Shown: positions 1 to 12,489, numbered from the stretch's first letter. The stretch: 64,000 nt of DNA from Octopus vulgaris (GCA_951406725.2 OX597834.1:19344001-19408000), one strand, 5' to 3'. The notes: generated from the sequence alone by a model not told the origin. Numbers and translations: made by a program.

Positions 1-33
<33 letters not shown>

Positions 34-102
34 CATACATACATATATTTACACATACATACATACATATATATTTATATATATATACACACACATACAT
101 AC

Positions 103-136
<34 letters not shown>

Positions 137-169
137 ACATACATATATATGTATGTGTATATATATATA

Positions 170-219
<50 letters not shown>

Positions 220-349
220 TCTACATATGTACATGCTTATATGTATGTGTGTGTGTGTGTATATAGATGTATATATACACATAACACGTATATGTCTATA
301 TATATAGAGAGAGAGACAGAGAAATACACACACACAAACACACACACAT
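1..349. repeat. Compound (TA)n/(TACA)n/(TG)n/(GA)n microsatellite
   Basis: Read directly; explains the low-complexity ORFs at 49-378. Confidence 0.95.
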
Positions 350-631
350 TTCAGTCACTACATGTCTTTCGATCTTAATAATATTTTCTTCAAGTGACAT
401 GGACTTTAAAATGTCATATAATCTAGAGATCCAGTCATCGAAAGCATCGGGTTGATTGCTAAACTGACCTAAACGCTCAGTAATCACCTTATCATGACTT
501 ATCTTGAGGGCATATTTTTCAACTTAACAATGAAAATATAAACCAAGTTACCATCATTATCATCAACAACCTTTAAACATTAACGACTTAAGCCTTAGGA
601 CTCATATAACCAGTTACCCAGTTTTTATAAC

Positions 632-830
632 GTTTAAAGGACCAAGTGCATACCAGTACCTCTGAACAGCATGCCAGCTGGTTGCAGGGTTATTCATTTA
701 CAGCTGAGTGGACTGGAGCTATGTGAAATGATGTATTTTACACAAGAATATGAGGCACCATCTGGTCTGGGAATTGAAACCAGGATCTCTTGATCATGTG
801 TGAAACACCCTAACCACTGGGCCATGAGCC
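632..830 (-). mobile_element. Old tRNA-derived SINE (family E)
   Basis: Minus strand has A-box-like TGGCCCAGTGGTTAG and B-box-like GTTTCAATTCCC, then a 'ctccagtccactcagctg' core. Related pieces at ~3415-3640(+), ~48880-49010(-) and ~58770-58890(-). Confidence 0.6.
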
Positions 831-984
831 ATCACTTATCATCACATGGACATGAAATGTTTTGAAAAGACATTCAATCAAGAAAAAGTAGGCTTTATTT
901 GATAAATCTTCAAGAATATTGACTTTACAGCACTGTACTGATTTCTGACAGAACGTGGTTGATACCATTGCTGCACGATTGGCT

Positions 985-1182
985 CCTGTGCTGTTGGCAT
1001 GTAAAAAGCACCCACTACACTCTTGGAGTAGATGGCATTAGGAAGGGTGTCCAGCTGTAGAAATCTTGCCAGATCAGATTGGAACCTGGTGCAGCCTACT
1101 GGCTTGCCAGTCCTCCATCAAACCGTCCAACCCATGCCAGCATGGAAAACGGACGTTAAACAATGACAATGATGATGGTGAT
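985..1182 (+). mobile_element. RTE-LINE 3'UTR-derived repeat (family C), 5'-truncated
   Basis: ggcatgtaaaaagcacccactacactc...ggcattaggaagggtgtccagc...catggaaaacggacgttaaac plus (GAT)-like tail. Matches the sequence that follows the RTE ORF end at 43413-43915. Confidence 0.75.
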
Positions 1183-3144
1183 ACAAGGCCCCAGATTTAG
1201 TGAATAGGTACAGACAATTAGGTTGAACCCCATTATTCAACTGGTACTTATTTTTTCTTTCCCAAAAGGATGAAAAACAAAGCTGACTTTGGTGAGATGT
1301 GAACTCATAATGCTAAGCCTTGCAACTAAATACCACAAAGAATTTTGTCTGTTGCTCGACTGAGACAGCCACTGACTGTATTGATAACAGTAATGATATG
1401 TAGTCTGTTCTTTTGGCTGCTCTACAAAACATCAATTATCCATTGATTTGATTCAATTGCCGAGTTTCTATTCATTAATGGCAGATCATACAAAAACATT
1501 GCTTTCAGAACAATGGAGTAAGTCTGGTAATAAGTCTCTGGTAAATATTTATTCTCTTCATAACAATGGATCGTTTCATAAATATTTAGAAAGTCTCAGC
1601 ATTATGTGCCAAGTTTGGAATCAGTGTTCTTTATGCTTCTCTCAAAAGGCATTATAATCTTCAGTTCCCTGTTATTTCCATTTAACAATACAACTTTCAT
1701 TTCCTTGTTTGTTTAACATCTGTTTCCTTTATGCTGGCAGGAGTTTGCATGGATAGTTATTTAAGACAGGATTTTACAGCTGTGTGCTTTTCCTGTTGCC
1801 TACTCTTAGCTGTTTTCCCAGTGAGAGATTTATTAGGCAAACCTATGAAAGTGCAGAGCAACCACTCACAGGGTCAACAAGTAATGTCAACAGCAGCACT
1901 GCTTCACTCAAACAGTAACAAGTGCAGAACATAAGCAACTCCCCTCCCCCACATACACACACTTACATGTGTATATTTACTTGCAGCTGCTTTCCATCTA
2001 CCAAATCCACTCACAAGGCTTTGGTTCGGCTGAGGCTGTAGTAGAAGATACTTGCCCAAGGTGCCATGCCGTGAGACTGACTGAACCTGGAACCATGTGG
2101 CTGGGAAGAAAAAGCTTCTAAACACACAGCCATCTTTAAAATCTGGAAGCTACAAAATACTACATGATTAATTCTAAAACATGTGGATTAATTAACATTA
2201 TATTTGATAAATTATTCTGAATGCTAAAGACTTTTGAGGAAGACCAGCTGTTGCCTAATTGTGTAAGTCTTCCTTCCTTACATCACCAACGCTTATCCAA
2301 GAGAACGGTACTAGTTTGAGTCTTATATAACTTGACACCAATTTCATTGCTGGAATTGCTGTCTAAATGCAAAAAACCAAGATAAAAACAGCAGGGTATC
2401 TTGCCAACCCCTCAAAAAGTTCTTCAAATCCATTGCTCTAGGGTTCCAGTTATGAATTCCAAAGTATTTGCAAACAGCAAATAACTTATTTTTGCATTCA
2501 CCTAAATTGTTCTTCAAAACTTTCATGCTGCTTTCATGGTGATATGGCCTTTTATTTCATCTTATTTTATTTCATCTCAATTTATTTTTATGTTCCCATC
2601 ATGCATCCGGTTATCTATAGATCAGATGTCTATTTATTATCATTGAAATTATTGTTTCCGACATTTGCAGTGTATCCATTTCTTCTTTTATAGATAATCT
2701 AATATTAGTATTACTCTATCTTCATGTGAAAATATTTGCATGAAACAACTTAACAACTTACTGAGATGATAAAATATCACTGATAAAGAAAAAAGGACAA
2801 AAACAAAGCACAGAAAAATACACACACACAATTAGTGTCACAGTTCTTTGTTGTTAACTGGTTGGTATTTGTAGATCCTCAGACTCAGCTGATTTTGACA
2901 ACACTGGAAACAAATAAATATGACTATAAAAATGATACTCAAATTGTTTATCTTGGTTATTAAAACACTGGATAATTATTATTCTTGTTATTTTATTTTT
3001 GATTTACAGAGATGTACTTGCATAGCAAGTGATTTGATCTGAGATCGTGTGCTGAAACGAAAACAATTGCAGCATGGAAGATGTTTGTAAGCCATTTAAG
3101 GAACACACAAAAGCCGTTCAATTCACTTCAACATTTAAGTTTAA

Positions 3145-3189
3145 TTTGTCAAAATATTTTCGTCGCTTTAAGACCTGTTCACTGACAAA
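3145..3189 (-). ncRNA. Minimal type-I hammerhead ribozyme-like motif, antisense copy, G3:C8 core
   Basis: Minus strand reads TTTGTCA-GTGAACA-G-GTC(TTAAAGC)GAC-GAAA-ATAT-TT-TGACAAA. Stem III is the palindrome AAUAUU; stem II is shortened by a 6-nt deletion. Confidence 0.5.
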
Positions 3190-3205
3190 AGATGCAGCAT
3201 GGATT

Positions 3206-3256
3206 TTTGTCAGTGAACAGGTCGCGGTCTTAAAGCGACGAAAATTTTTTGACAAA
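3206..3256 (+). ncRNA. Minimal type-I hammerhead ribozyme-like motif, G3:C8 variant core
   Basis: Stem I TTTGTCA (3206-3212) / TGACAAA (3250-3256); core GTGAACA plus G; stem II GTCGC/GCGAC; GAAA at 3240-3243; vestigial stem III; UH = UU. Confidence 0.55.
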
Positions 3257-5527
3257 TTAAACTTAAATGTTGAAGTGAATCGAACGGCTTTTGTGTGTTT
3301 CTTAAATGGCTTACAAACACCTTCCACGCTGCAATTGTTTATTTTTGATATTTCACACCAATATATTTTTTCTTGCACGGTTTAAAAGCTTCTGTAAAAA
3401 ATATCATTGGGGGAGGAATATGGGGCTTAGTGGATGAGGTGTTGTACTCATTATTGTAAGATTGTGGTTTCTGTTCCTGGACAAGGTGACACGTTATGTT
3501 CTTGAGCAAGACACTTTATTTGACACTGCTCTAGTCCACTCAGCTGGTAAAAAGAAGTAATCTTGCAATGGACCAGTGTCCCATCCAGGAATGATTTATG
3601 TACATGAGAAAAACTGGGAGACTAGCCTTATGCTCCTTACAGAGAAACGTGGGCTAACCATATCTGAGTGAAATAATATCGTAAATATATCAAAAATTGC
3701 ATTATGGAGTTACAAACATCATAAATCTATGCCCTTCTTTCCCTTCATTATTCAACAAGGATGAATTATATTTTTGTAATCTGGTGTCTTAGCTCTACCC
3801 AGACAGAGTATGGTGTGGCATTTGCAACGTGTTTGAACTTATAACTATTCACATCTCAGTCTGCTTGAATATGTTAAGAATGAATATATTCGTCATTGTT
3901 TCAATTGCCATTGTCTTTGCCTTGTATGGTGATGGTAATTTAATATCAGCTTTGTAAACCTCATCACACATCAAATAAACAAGTATATCTTGTTTGTAGA
4001 ATTCTATCGGCAACAACGAATTCTTGTCTAGCTTCAGAGTTCTGGATAGTGTTTCTCCCTGAGGAGGTGCAATCATGCTGAAACACTGGTGTCTATTGGT
4101 CTGCTAAGGTCACTGGAGTAAATGTGTTTATTTACATCAGCAAGAAGAGAATGTTGTTCTCTGAAGATAAAAATCCAGTGAATGTATACTCCATTGCTAA
4201 AATTACTTTTCCATAGTTTATTTATTTCCATTAATAGTATTTTAATCACATAAGAACACTTCTATTTTGCTTAGTTTAAAGAGAGAAAAATATTTATTCT
4301 ATTTCTGACTCACTTATCATTTTAGAATTACTTTATACTCACAAGAGAAATAATTAGAGAGTTCATTTTATTTTATATTTTTAATTATTATTTTTTATTT
4401 ATTTATTATTATTCCTACATTTATTCCTGGCTTGACGAAGTTCTTGTAAAGTAATTATAAGTGGTTTTATGAAATTACAGGTGATCTCGAAATACATAAA
4501 AAATTTCATTTGCTTATTTTACTGAGTACACTTAATAGTGTAAACAGTCATTGGCAGAAAAGCTTTAACTGTCGTTATTTCACATAGGGCAGGCAAAGGG
4601 TTAGATACCAGATTTAAAGTTACCTTTATTTCATCATTGTTTTTCTATGAAGATAGTGAGATGGCAGGTGCATTAGAGTGTTGGACAGAATACTTTGCAG
4701 TATTTGTTTCAACCTGAGTTCAAATCCAACTGTGGCTAATTTCAGAGTTGATGAAAAAATTAAAATAAAGAAGGGATGGCCACAGCTGGACTATCCTTGA
4801 TCAGTAGATTTGCTCAGTGATGGCTAACCTGGGTGTAGGCTACAAAATTATTATTATTATTTTCTACATTGTTATTATCATTTGCCTCCTCCTTTTCCTC
4901 ATCATTTTTATTCATCATTAAACAGCACACATTTCACAAACATTACACATATATTTCATGAATTTATTTACTTTCTAATCTAAACTGGAAACCAGAAAAG
5001 AGTTGAGAATGATATCTCGGTTAGTTCCATAACCAACATTACAGAGATTGTATTTTTCATTAGTGTTTGACTGAATATTTGCTTAAAATGACATTCATTA
5101 TTTCTAATGATACACTATTTAATAATAGAATCTATGAGATTTTAATTAGAAACCACTATTGGTTTATCAAAATTTCCTATCTACACAATAGGTTCACTAT
5201 AAATCTATTTGATTGGCTGTTTTTATTTTCATTATGATATCTCTGTCTTACAATCATCTTATTTATTTTTCTTTTACATCATAACAAATATTCTTAAAGG
5301 GAGTTTTATGACCAGTTAATGAAAGCCTCTAAGTAGTCACTAAATATACTAGAAATAGCAACCATATTTTTCATTTTATTTAAAAACAAAAGGAAGAAAT
5401 TATTGGTTATGTCTAACTATATAAGGAGTGGTCATGACTGGAGTGCCTTTGATCGTAGGTTTATGAACTTTGGTGAAACATGGTGATGTTCATCATGCTT
5501 TAATTAGCATCATAATGAAAAAATAAA

Positions 5528-5676
5528 TGCAGGCAGAAGTTTAACCTGATTGTTACTTCTAACCACAAGGTTCCAGGTTCAGTCCCACTGTATGGAATGT
5601 TGGGCAAGTGTCTTGTACTATTACCTTGGTCTGACCAACACCTTGTGAGTAGATTTGATCAGCAGAAACTGAACAT

Positions 5677-5723
<47 letters not shown>

Positions 5724-5893
5724 CCAAATAGGTTGTCAATTAGAACTGCCAGACTTCTGTTTTGCATATGTGAATTACAGGGTCTGTCATGCCCGGAGTC
5801 CAACTTTGATAGAAATAAGCATTCTTGACTGCTATTTCTATTTTTTCGGTATGCGGTCAAGCAACCTGTTTTGCCTGTCCCTTTTTCTTATAT

Positions 5894-5930
<37 letters not shown>

Positions 5931-6525
5931 CTACAAACAAGATATATATGTATATATATCTCCACTATATGTGGAGGCGCAATGGCCCAGTGGTTAGGGC
6001 AGCGGACTCGCGGTCGCAGGATCGCGGTTTCGATCCCCAGACTGGGCATTGTGAGTGTTTATTGAGCGTAAACACCTAAAAAAGCTCCACGACGGTCCGG
6101 CTGCGGGTGGTGATGCCTGCTGTACTCTTTCATCACTCTTTCTCCCATTCTTTCTTCTGTTGGCCTGCTCACTTAGCCAGCGGGGTGGTGTCATTCAAAG
6201 GCTAAAACAATGCGAACGCATTGTGACCAGTGATGTGTAACAACATCTGATGATCTGGTCGGTCATGTGATCACGTGGTTACGTGATATATGTATATATA
6301 AATATGTGTGTGTGTGTCTGTGTTTCTGTGCTTCACAAATGGTGTTGGTCTGTTTATGTCTCTGTAACTTAGCGGTTCAACAAAGTAGACCAATAGAATA
6401 AGTACCAGGCTAAAAAAAAAGAAAAGAATAAATACTGGAATCAATTCATTTAACTAAACTTTCTTCAACGTGATACTCCAGCTTGGCCACAGTCTAATGA
6501 CTGAAACAAGTAAAAGATAAAAGAG
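5528..6525 (+). mobile_element. SINE family A split by insertions in its microsatellite linker
   Basis: Degenerate A head at 5528-5675 (ggttccaggttcagtcccactg...ttgggcaagtgtc) and A tail at ~6305-6525 (gataaaagag end), separated by (TA)n, a unique ~170-bp insert and a family D SINE. Confidence 0.7.
5971..6286 (+). mobile_element. tRNA-derived SINE (family D)
   Basis: tRNA-like head GGAGGCGCAATGGCCCAGTGGTTAGGGCAGCGGACTCGCGGTCG...GGTTTCGATCCCC with A and B boxes, CpG-rich, ending in a repeated CACGTG-like tail. Confidence 0.8.
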
Positions 6526-7011
6526 ACTTCACTTGAAATACACAGCATTTTTAAAAAATGAGTTTTGAGAACAACGAACTGTTCAGTAAGTTAAATTTGT
6601 CATTATTCTGCTTGTGTTTGCAGCATAAATTTACATGGAATTTTGACATACAGTTTTAAAAAAAAGGACCCCTTTTGGTCATGAATGACTATGGGGTTGC
6701 ACCTACAAAGTTCCCCTTCGAGGCAGAAGTCTGGGTAAGGTTGTTTGTGGAAGACCAACAGCCTTTCCTTTTAATGCCACCGATGTTATCCAAGGGAAAG
6801 GCAAAAGCTGATACAGCTTGGCACCACTGATGTCGCAACTCATTTCTACAGCTGAGTGAACTGGAGCAATGTGAAATAAAGCTGATGATCCATCCAAAAA
6901 AACTGAAACCAGTTAAACAAACATTGTTCTTCTATTCTTCCAGTCCTTGTAGTAGTTGTGATTTATGTATCATAAGAAATCTGTTTTAAATAACAAATAT
7001 GCATTGACATT

Positions 7012-7218
7012 GGTAAGCTGGCAGAACTGTTAGGACTTTGGGTAACATGCTTTGTGGCATTTTGCCCATCTTTACATTCTGAGCTCAAATTCCATTGAGA
7101 GTAACCTTCTCTTTCATCCTTTTGGTGTCAATAAATTAAGCACCAGTTATGCACTGGGGTTGATGTAATCGATATCTCCCTCCCCCAAATTTCATGCCTT
7201 GTGCCTATAGTAGAATGG

Positions 7219-7250
<32 letters not shown>

Positions 7251-7531
7251 GGCAGCGAGCTGGCAGAAATGTTAGCATGCCGGGCAAAGTGCTTAGGGGT
7301 ATTTCGTCTGTCTTTTACCTTCTGAGTTCATATTCCACCAAGGTCAACTTTGCCTTTCATCCTTTCGGGGTCAATAAATTAAGTACCAGTTGCCTACTGG
7401 GTTCAATCTAATTGGCTGGCCCCCACCCCCAAAATTTCAGGCCTTGTGCCTAGAGCAGAAAAGCTTATCATCATCATCATTATTATTAATATTATCATCA
7501 TCATCATTATTATTACTACTACTACTACTAC

Positions 7532-7580
<49 letters not shown>
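7012..7580 (+). mobile_element. Two head-to-tail SINE family B copies (B2 tail) with (ATT)n tails
   Basis: Each has gctggcagaa...gagttcaaattcc-like...ctttcatcctt..gg.gtcaataaattaag...ccttgtgccta and ends in ATT/ATC repeats. Confidence 0.85.
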
Positions 7581-7859
7581 ATTACACTCTCCTGCATAAT
7601 AATTTCTCTTTTCTTTGTTTCAATGTTCTGGAGTAAAATTACATGAATGTAATATTGATTTACTCTGGAGATTCTACATATTAATTTCTGTATTTGTTAT
7701 TGCTGATATTTTCCATAGATGTGTAGGCATTATATGGAGTCTGTAAACATGGTTAAGCAGAAGTATTTATGCATAGATAGACAAATGGATCCACTGAGGA
7801 GTGGGGGGGGGACATACTGGTAGGATTTGATGAACAAGCAAACCAGACATACACAAAAA

Positions 7860-7893
7860 TATATAGGTGTATGTATGCATGTATATATGTAGG

Positions 7894-7925
<32 letters not shown>

Positions 7926-8087
7926 TGTATGTATGTATGTATGTATATGTATGTATGTATATGTATGTATGTATGTATGCATGTATATATGTAGGTATAT
8001 GTATGTATGTATATATGTAGGTATATGTATGTATGTATATATGTAGGTGTATGTATGTATGTATGTATGCATGTATATATATGTAGG

Positions 8088-8119
<32 letters not shown>

Positions 8120-8195
8120 TGTATGTAGGTACATGTATATATGTATGTATGTATGTATATATGTATGTATGTATGCCTGTATGTATATATGTATG

Positions 8196-8229
<34 letters not shown>

Positions 8230-8410
8230 TGTATGTATGTATGTATGTATGTATGTATGTATGTATGTAGGTATATGTATGTATATATGTATGCATGTAT
8301 ATATGTATGCATGCCTGTATGTATGTATATATGTATGTCTGTATGTATGTATGTACTATGTATATATGTATGCCTGTATGTATGTATATATGTATGTTTG
8401 TATGTATATA
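7860..8410. repeat. (TATG)n tetranucleotide array
   Basis: Read directly. Confidence 0.95.
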
Positions 8411-8708
8411 CAAGCAGTCATACACTTTGTGTGTTTGACATGCACACACACTTAATATTTGTTTGCTCAAGTGCATACAAACATAGACATATATATGTAC
8501 GTATATGCATTCATGTATGCAAAAATATAGAAACATATATGCATGTGTTTATATGAGTGTGTGAGTAAATATGTATACATATATGAATTCATGTATAGAC
8601 AAATATACGTACATGTATTTATATATAATATAGACAGGGTAATTCATAATGAATGGGTATGTTTTCTTTTTGCATTTATTCTGTACCATTCAATTTGAAT
8701 TACCCTCG

Positions 8709-8967
8709 GTGTGTGTGTGTGTGTCTGTGTGTGTGTGTCTGTGTGTGTGTGTGTGTGTCTGTGTGTGTGTGTGTGTTTCTGTGTGTGTGCGTGTGTGTCT
8801 GTGTGTGTGTGTGTGTGTGTCTGTGTGTGTGTGTCTGTCTGTGAGTTTGTGTGTGTGTGTGTGTTTGTGTGTGTGTGTCTGTGTGTGTGTGTCTCTGTAT
8901 GTGTGTCTCTGTGTGTCTGTGTGTGTATGTGTGTGTGTATGTGCCTGTCTGTGTGTGTGTGTGTGTC

Positions 8968-9007
<40 letters not shown>

Positions 9008-9060
9008 TGTCTGTCTGTGTGTGTGTGTCTGTCTGTGTGTGTGTATCTGTTTGTTTGTAT
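8709..9060. repeat. (TG)n/(TCTG) microsatellite
   Basis: Read directly. Confidence 0.95.
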
Positions 9061-10414
9061 ACACACAACTTCAGATGAAGAGGAAAGCTTGTATGCACAA
9101 CTAGAAATACAAACACACAGTTAGTTGGAGGGTAAAAATTATTCTTACATTGACAGTATTGGTTTAAATATAATGATTTTGTTATGGGGCAATCGTTAAG
9201 AATTTTCACGTTGGTTTTTTTTTTTTATATATTCACATTTTGGTCTATCAAAAAAAAAAAAAATAAGGAACGGAAATAATCTAAATTGATTTATCTTGGA
9301 AAAAATGAATTATCTAATTTTCAAGGAATATCCAGAGGTCTTGCAAAGGAAGTGGAACATTCAATTAAGTGACCGAGCCATTTTTAATTTTCTATTTTCT
9401 TTTTTTCCTTCTTTGTTTTTTTTTCTTTGCCAGAGAAGGAATTGAATAAAATGTTTTCTTTTCTGGATGAATGAGTGGGAAATGGTGATGCAATTTGATA
9501 TTAAAATCTATTTTTCAATTCTATTATCCTGGGGTCAAGATTGCAAATCTTTTTCTGGTAACCTACTAGAGAAATCGAATTTAGAGATGCAGTGAAGTTT
9601 TGATCAGGTTTTAAACTAGCTGAGCAGGCATTTTGGGGATTGAATATTTGAAATATATTAGGAAATGTACATGCATGTATGTATAAATGCATGCATATGT
9701 ATGTGTCTATATTTTTGCATGTATGTATGTGTATATATATATATATATATATATAAATATATATATATATGTATGTACATATATACACATAAGTGTCTAT
9801 ATATATATTCATACATACGTATATATTTACACAAGTATCCACATATGCACACACATTTTATTATAGAGCATGTTTGCATTTAAAATTTTTCTTTACACTT
9901 CTTTTTTCTTCTTGTTTTTTTTTTTTTTTTTTTTGTCTTATTAGCAGTTCTAGCGTTTCATTAATATTGACCTGAAATATATATCGATTTGGAACACAAA
10001 ATTTGTCGTCAATCATAAATTGTGTATATTTACCATTACAGAAGTTTGCACACCGAAGCTGTTACATTTAATGATTAAATCATTCTCAAAACTCTAAACT
10101 CTCCAGATCTGTGATAAAATTTGATCTGAGTTTAATTAATATTTCAGAGTTTCTATCAAATAACTTTATTTATACGCCAACTCAACTGTTTGAAAGCTGG
10201 ACTTAAATTCGTTTCCAGTGCTTTTATCTATCTTTGTGGAAATTATTAGTTTGTGTCGTTTACCTCTAGGTCAAGATACAACAGACATATGAGCAAAGGT
10301 ATTCCAGACATGACCAACCCGTCCTTCTTTCAGGCTATGTGTATCCAGAAGAATATCATTAATTGTATCCCTTCCTTGTTGAAATGGTATTCTTTTATTC
10401 CTTAATTCTTTAAC

Positions 10415-10548
10415 TTGTTTCAGTCATTTGACTGTGGCCATGCTGGAGCACCACTTTATTCAACATGGTCACAGTCAAATGACTGGACTGTGACCATGTT
10501 GACTAAAGGCGGTGCTCCAGCATGGCCACAGTCAAATGACTGAAACAA
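10415..10548. repeat. Palindrome built from SINE-A 3' tails
   Basis: Arms 10415-10476 and 10486-10548 differ by about 3 positions; 9-nt spacer. Confidence 0.85.
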
Positions 10549-10976
10549 CTAAAAGAAATAAAAGAAATTTTTTAACGTCCATTTTCCATGCTAGCATGGT
10601 TTATATATATACACAATGTGCTCCTTTCAGTTTCCATCTACCAAATCCACTCACGAGGCTTTGGTCAGCCTGAGACTATAGTATATATAGTATATATAGA
10701 CTATAGTATATAGACTGTGTATATATATGTATATGATGATGATGATGATCATCATCATTTTTTAATATCCGTTTTCCATGCTAGCATGGGTTATATATAT
10801 ACACAACGGGCTTCTTTCAGTTTCCATCTACCAAATCCACTCACAAGGCTTTGGTCAGCCTGAGACTATAGTAGAAGACTCTTGTGCATGGTGACACACA
10901 GTGGGACTGAACCTGGAACCATGCGATTGGGAAGCAAACTTCTTACCACACAGCCACACCTGTGCCTATGGTAGTA

Positions 10977-11935
10977 TATAATTGGAGGGAAATTTGGTTC
11001 CTCTTACAGTAGTGGTTCTCAACCAGGTTCCAGATGAGCCCTTGAGGTCTATATAAGCCTGGTGGTGGTGGTGGGTCCATATAAGATTTTGTTGTTAAAA
11101 CTTATATGCAATAAACTGGTTGTATGCTTTTACAAAAAAACAAAATATTTTGACAATTTTTATATAACTCAAGGTCAGAATCAAAATCGAAATCGATCAA
11201 CATCAATGGAATTTCTAGCTGTGATACCAGTGCCGAACCATCCGAACGTGGCCGTTGCCAGTGCCCCCCCCCCCCCCGACTGGCCTCCATGCCGGTGGCA
11301 CGTAAAAAACATCTGATCATGGTCGTTGCCAGCCTTGCCTGGCCTCTGTGTCGGTGGCACATAAAAAGTACCATCCGATCATGGCCGTTTGCCAGCCTCG
11401 TCTGGCACCTGTGCTGGTGGCACATAAAAAGCACCCACTACACTCATGGAGTGGTTGGCGTTAGGAAGGGCATCCAGCCGTAGAAACAATGCCAGATCAG
11501 ACTGGGCCTGGTGCAGCCTTCTGGCTTCCCAGACCCCAGTTAAACCGTCGAACCCATGCCAGCATGGAAAGCGGACGCTAAACGATGATGATGATGATGA
11601 TGATGAAGGTGTAGTTAGATAGATTCAATAGATTTCTTTCAGTTTCCATCAACCAAATTCTCTCATGATGCTTTGGTCAGACTGAAGCTAAAGCAGAAGA
11701 CACTTGCTCAAGGTGCCAAACAGAACATTTTACTTTCTGTTACAACTCATTCCTCAGAAAAACAATTCTGGATAAAAGATTTTAAAAAATATTTTTACCC
11801 TGTCATTTGAGCCCAAGCTACTTTTCTTGCTGACCCACCACCACCACCACCAGGCTCATATAGACCCCAAGTGCTCATCTGGACCCTGGTTGAGAACCAC
11901 TACTGAAAGAGGAACCAAATTTCCCTCCAATTATA
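10977..11935. mobile_element. hAT-like MITE ends within a ~100-bp inverted duplication
   Basis: Arms 10977-11077 and 11832-11935 are reverse complements and include TAGTGGTTCTCAACC / GGTTGAGAACCACTA, a Charlie-like terminus. The spacer holds family C and A fragments. Confidence 0.6.
11170..11605 (+). mobile_element. RTE 3'UTR-derived repeat (family C) with internal tandem units
   Basis: Three ggcac(g/a)taaaaa units, ggcgttaggaagggcatccagcc and a (GAT)n tail. Confidence 0.85.
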
Positions 11936-12489
11936 AGCATTACAGTTGATTCATGCGATCAACTTTTGGCTTATTCTTCCCTTCAGTATTTCCCTTATCT
12001 TTCCATTGTCCGAAAATATGTTCTTTATATTTCAGCATTATTCACCTTGTTTGAAATATAAGGCCTCACTTCTCACGCTTCGTTTTGCACTTGCTGCAGC
12101 CTTCTACAAAGCAACCTGTCATCGATGGCCTTTATTTCTTGCTGTTTCTTTTCATCTCTTCCAAACAAACTATCTTGTTGGTTGTCACATCCTAAACATT
12201 TTATTCTTCACAGCCTAACACACTCAAAGCAAACATGTCAAGACAAATGACAGCTGAGAAATGACTAAACATTAAATATCAATTGGAAAAACAAAGTGCG
12301 CCTGTGTGAATAAGCCTTTAAATCGTTCAGTATTTATGATCTTGGCATTTTAAAGATGATAAAAATTTAATTAAAAGATATAAAGAACAGCAACAACTAC
12401 AACAATATCAGCTGCTTCTAATGTAAGTTAACATTTCAGTAACAGATATCAAATGTTATAATGTCATTCCGTTAATAAATCAAAATGTT

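Larger units (their letters stand above)
3061..3340. mobile_element. Foldback (inverted pair) of a Penelope-like/retrozyme-like repeat
   Basis: Arms of ~130 bp (3061-3190 and ~3205-3340) are near-perfect reverse complements around a ~14-nt spacer. Each arm carries a hammerhead-like fold. Confidence 0.65.

Noticed and set aside
1508-1516. 9-nt plus-strand microexon (ttgctttcag|AACAATGGA|gtaagt)
   Set aside because: Splice signals look good but the pyrimidine tract is short and no host gene is identified; it cannot be supported without RNA-seq.
3849-4076. 75-aa minus-strand ORF (MIAPPQGETL...)
   Set aside because: No recognisable domain, and an in-frame stop lies between it and the nearest acceptor at 4160.
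5971-6045. Possible tRNA gene
   Set aside because: A and B boxes are present, but there is no proper acceptor stem or terminator and it runs into a SINE body.
7730-9209. Long ORFs rich in YI/HT/CV dipeptides (also at 19.4, 35.3, 39, 50.3, 57-59 and 61.8 kb)
   Set aside because: They are translations of microsatellites, which lack stop codons by composition.
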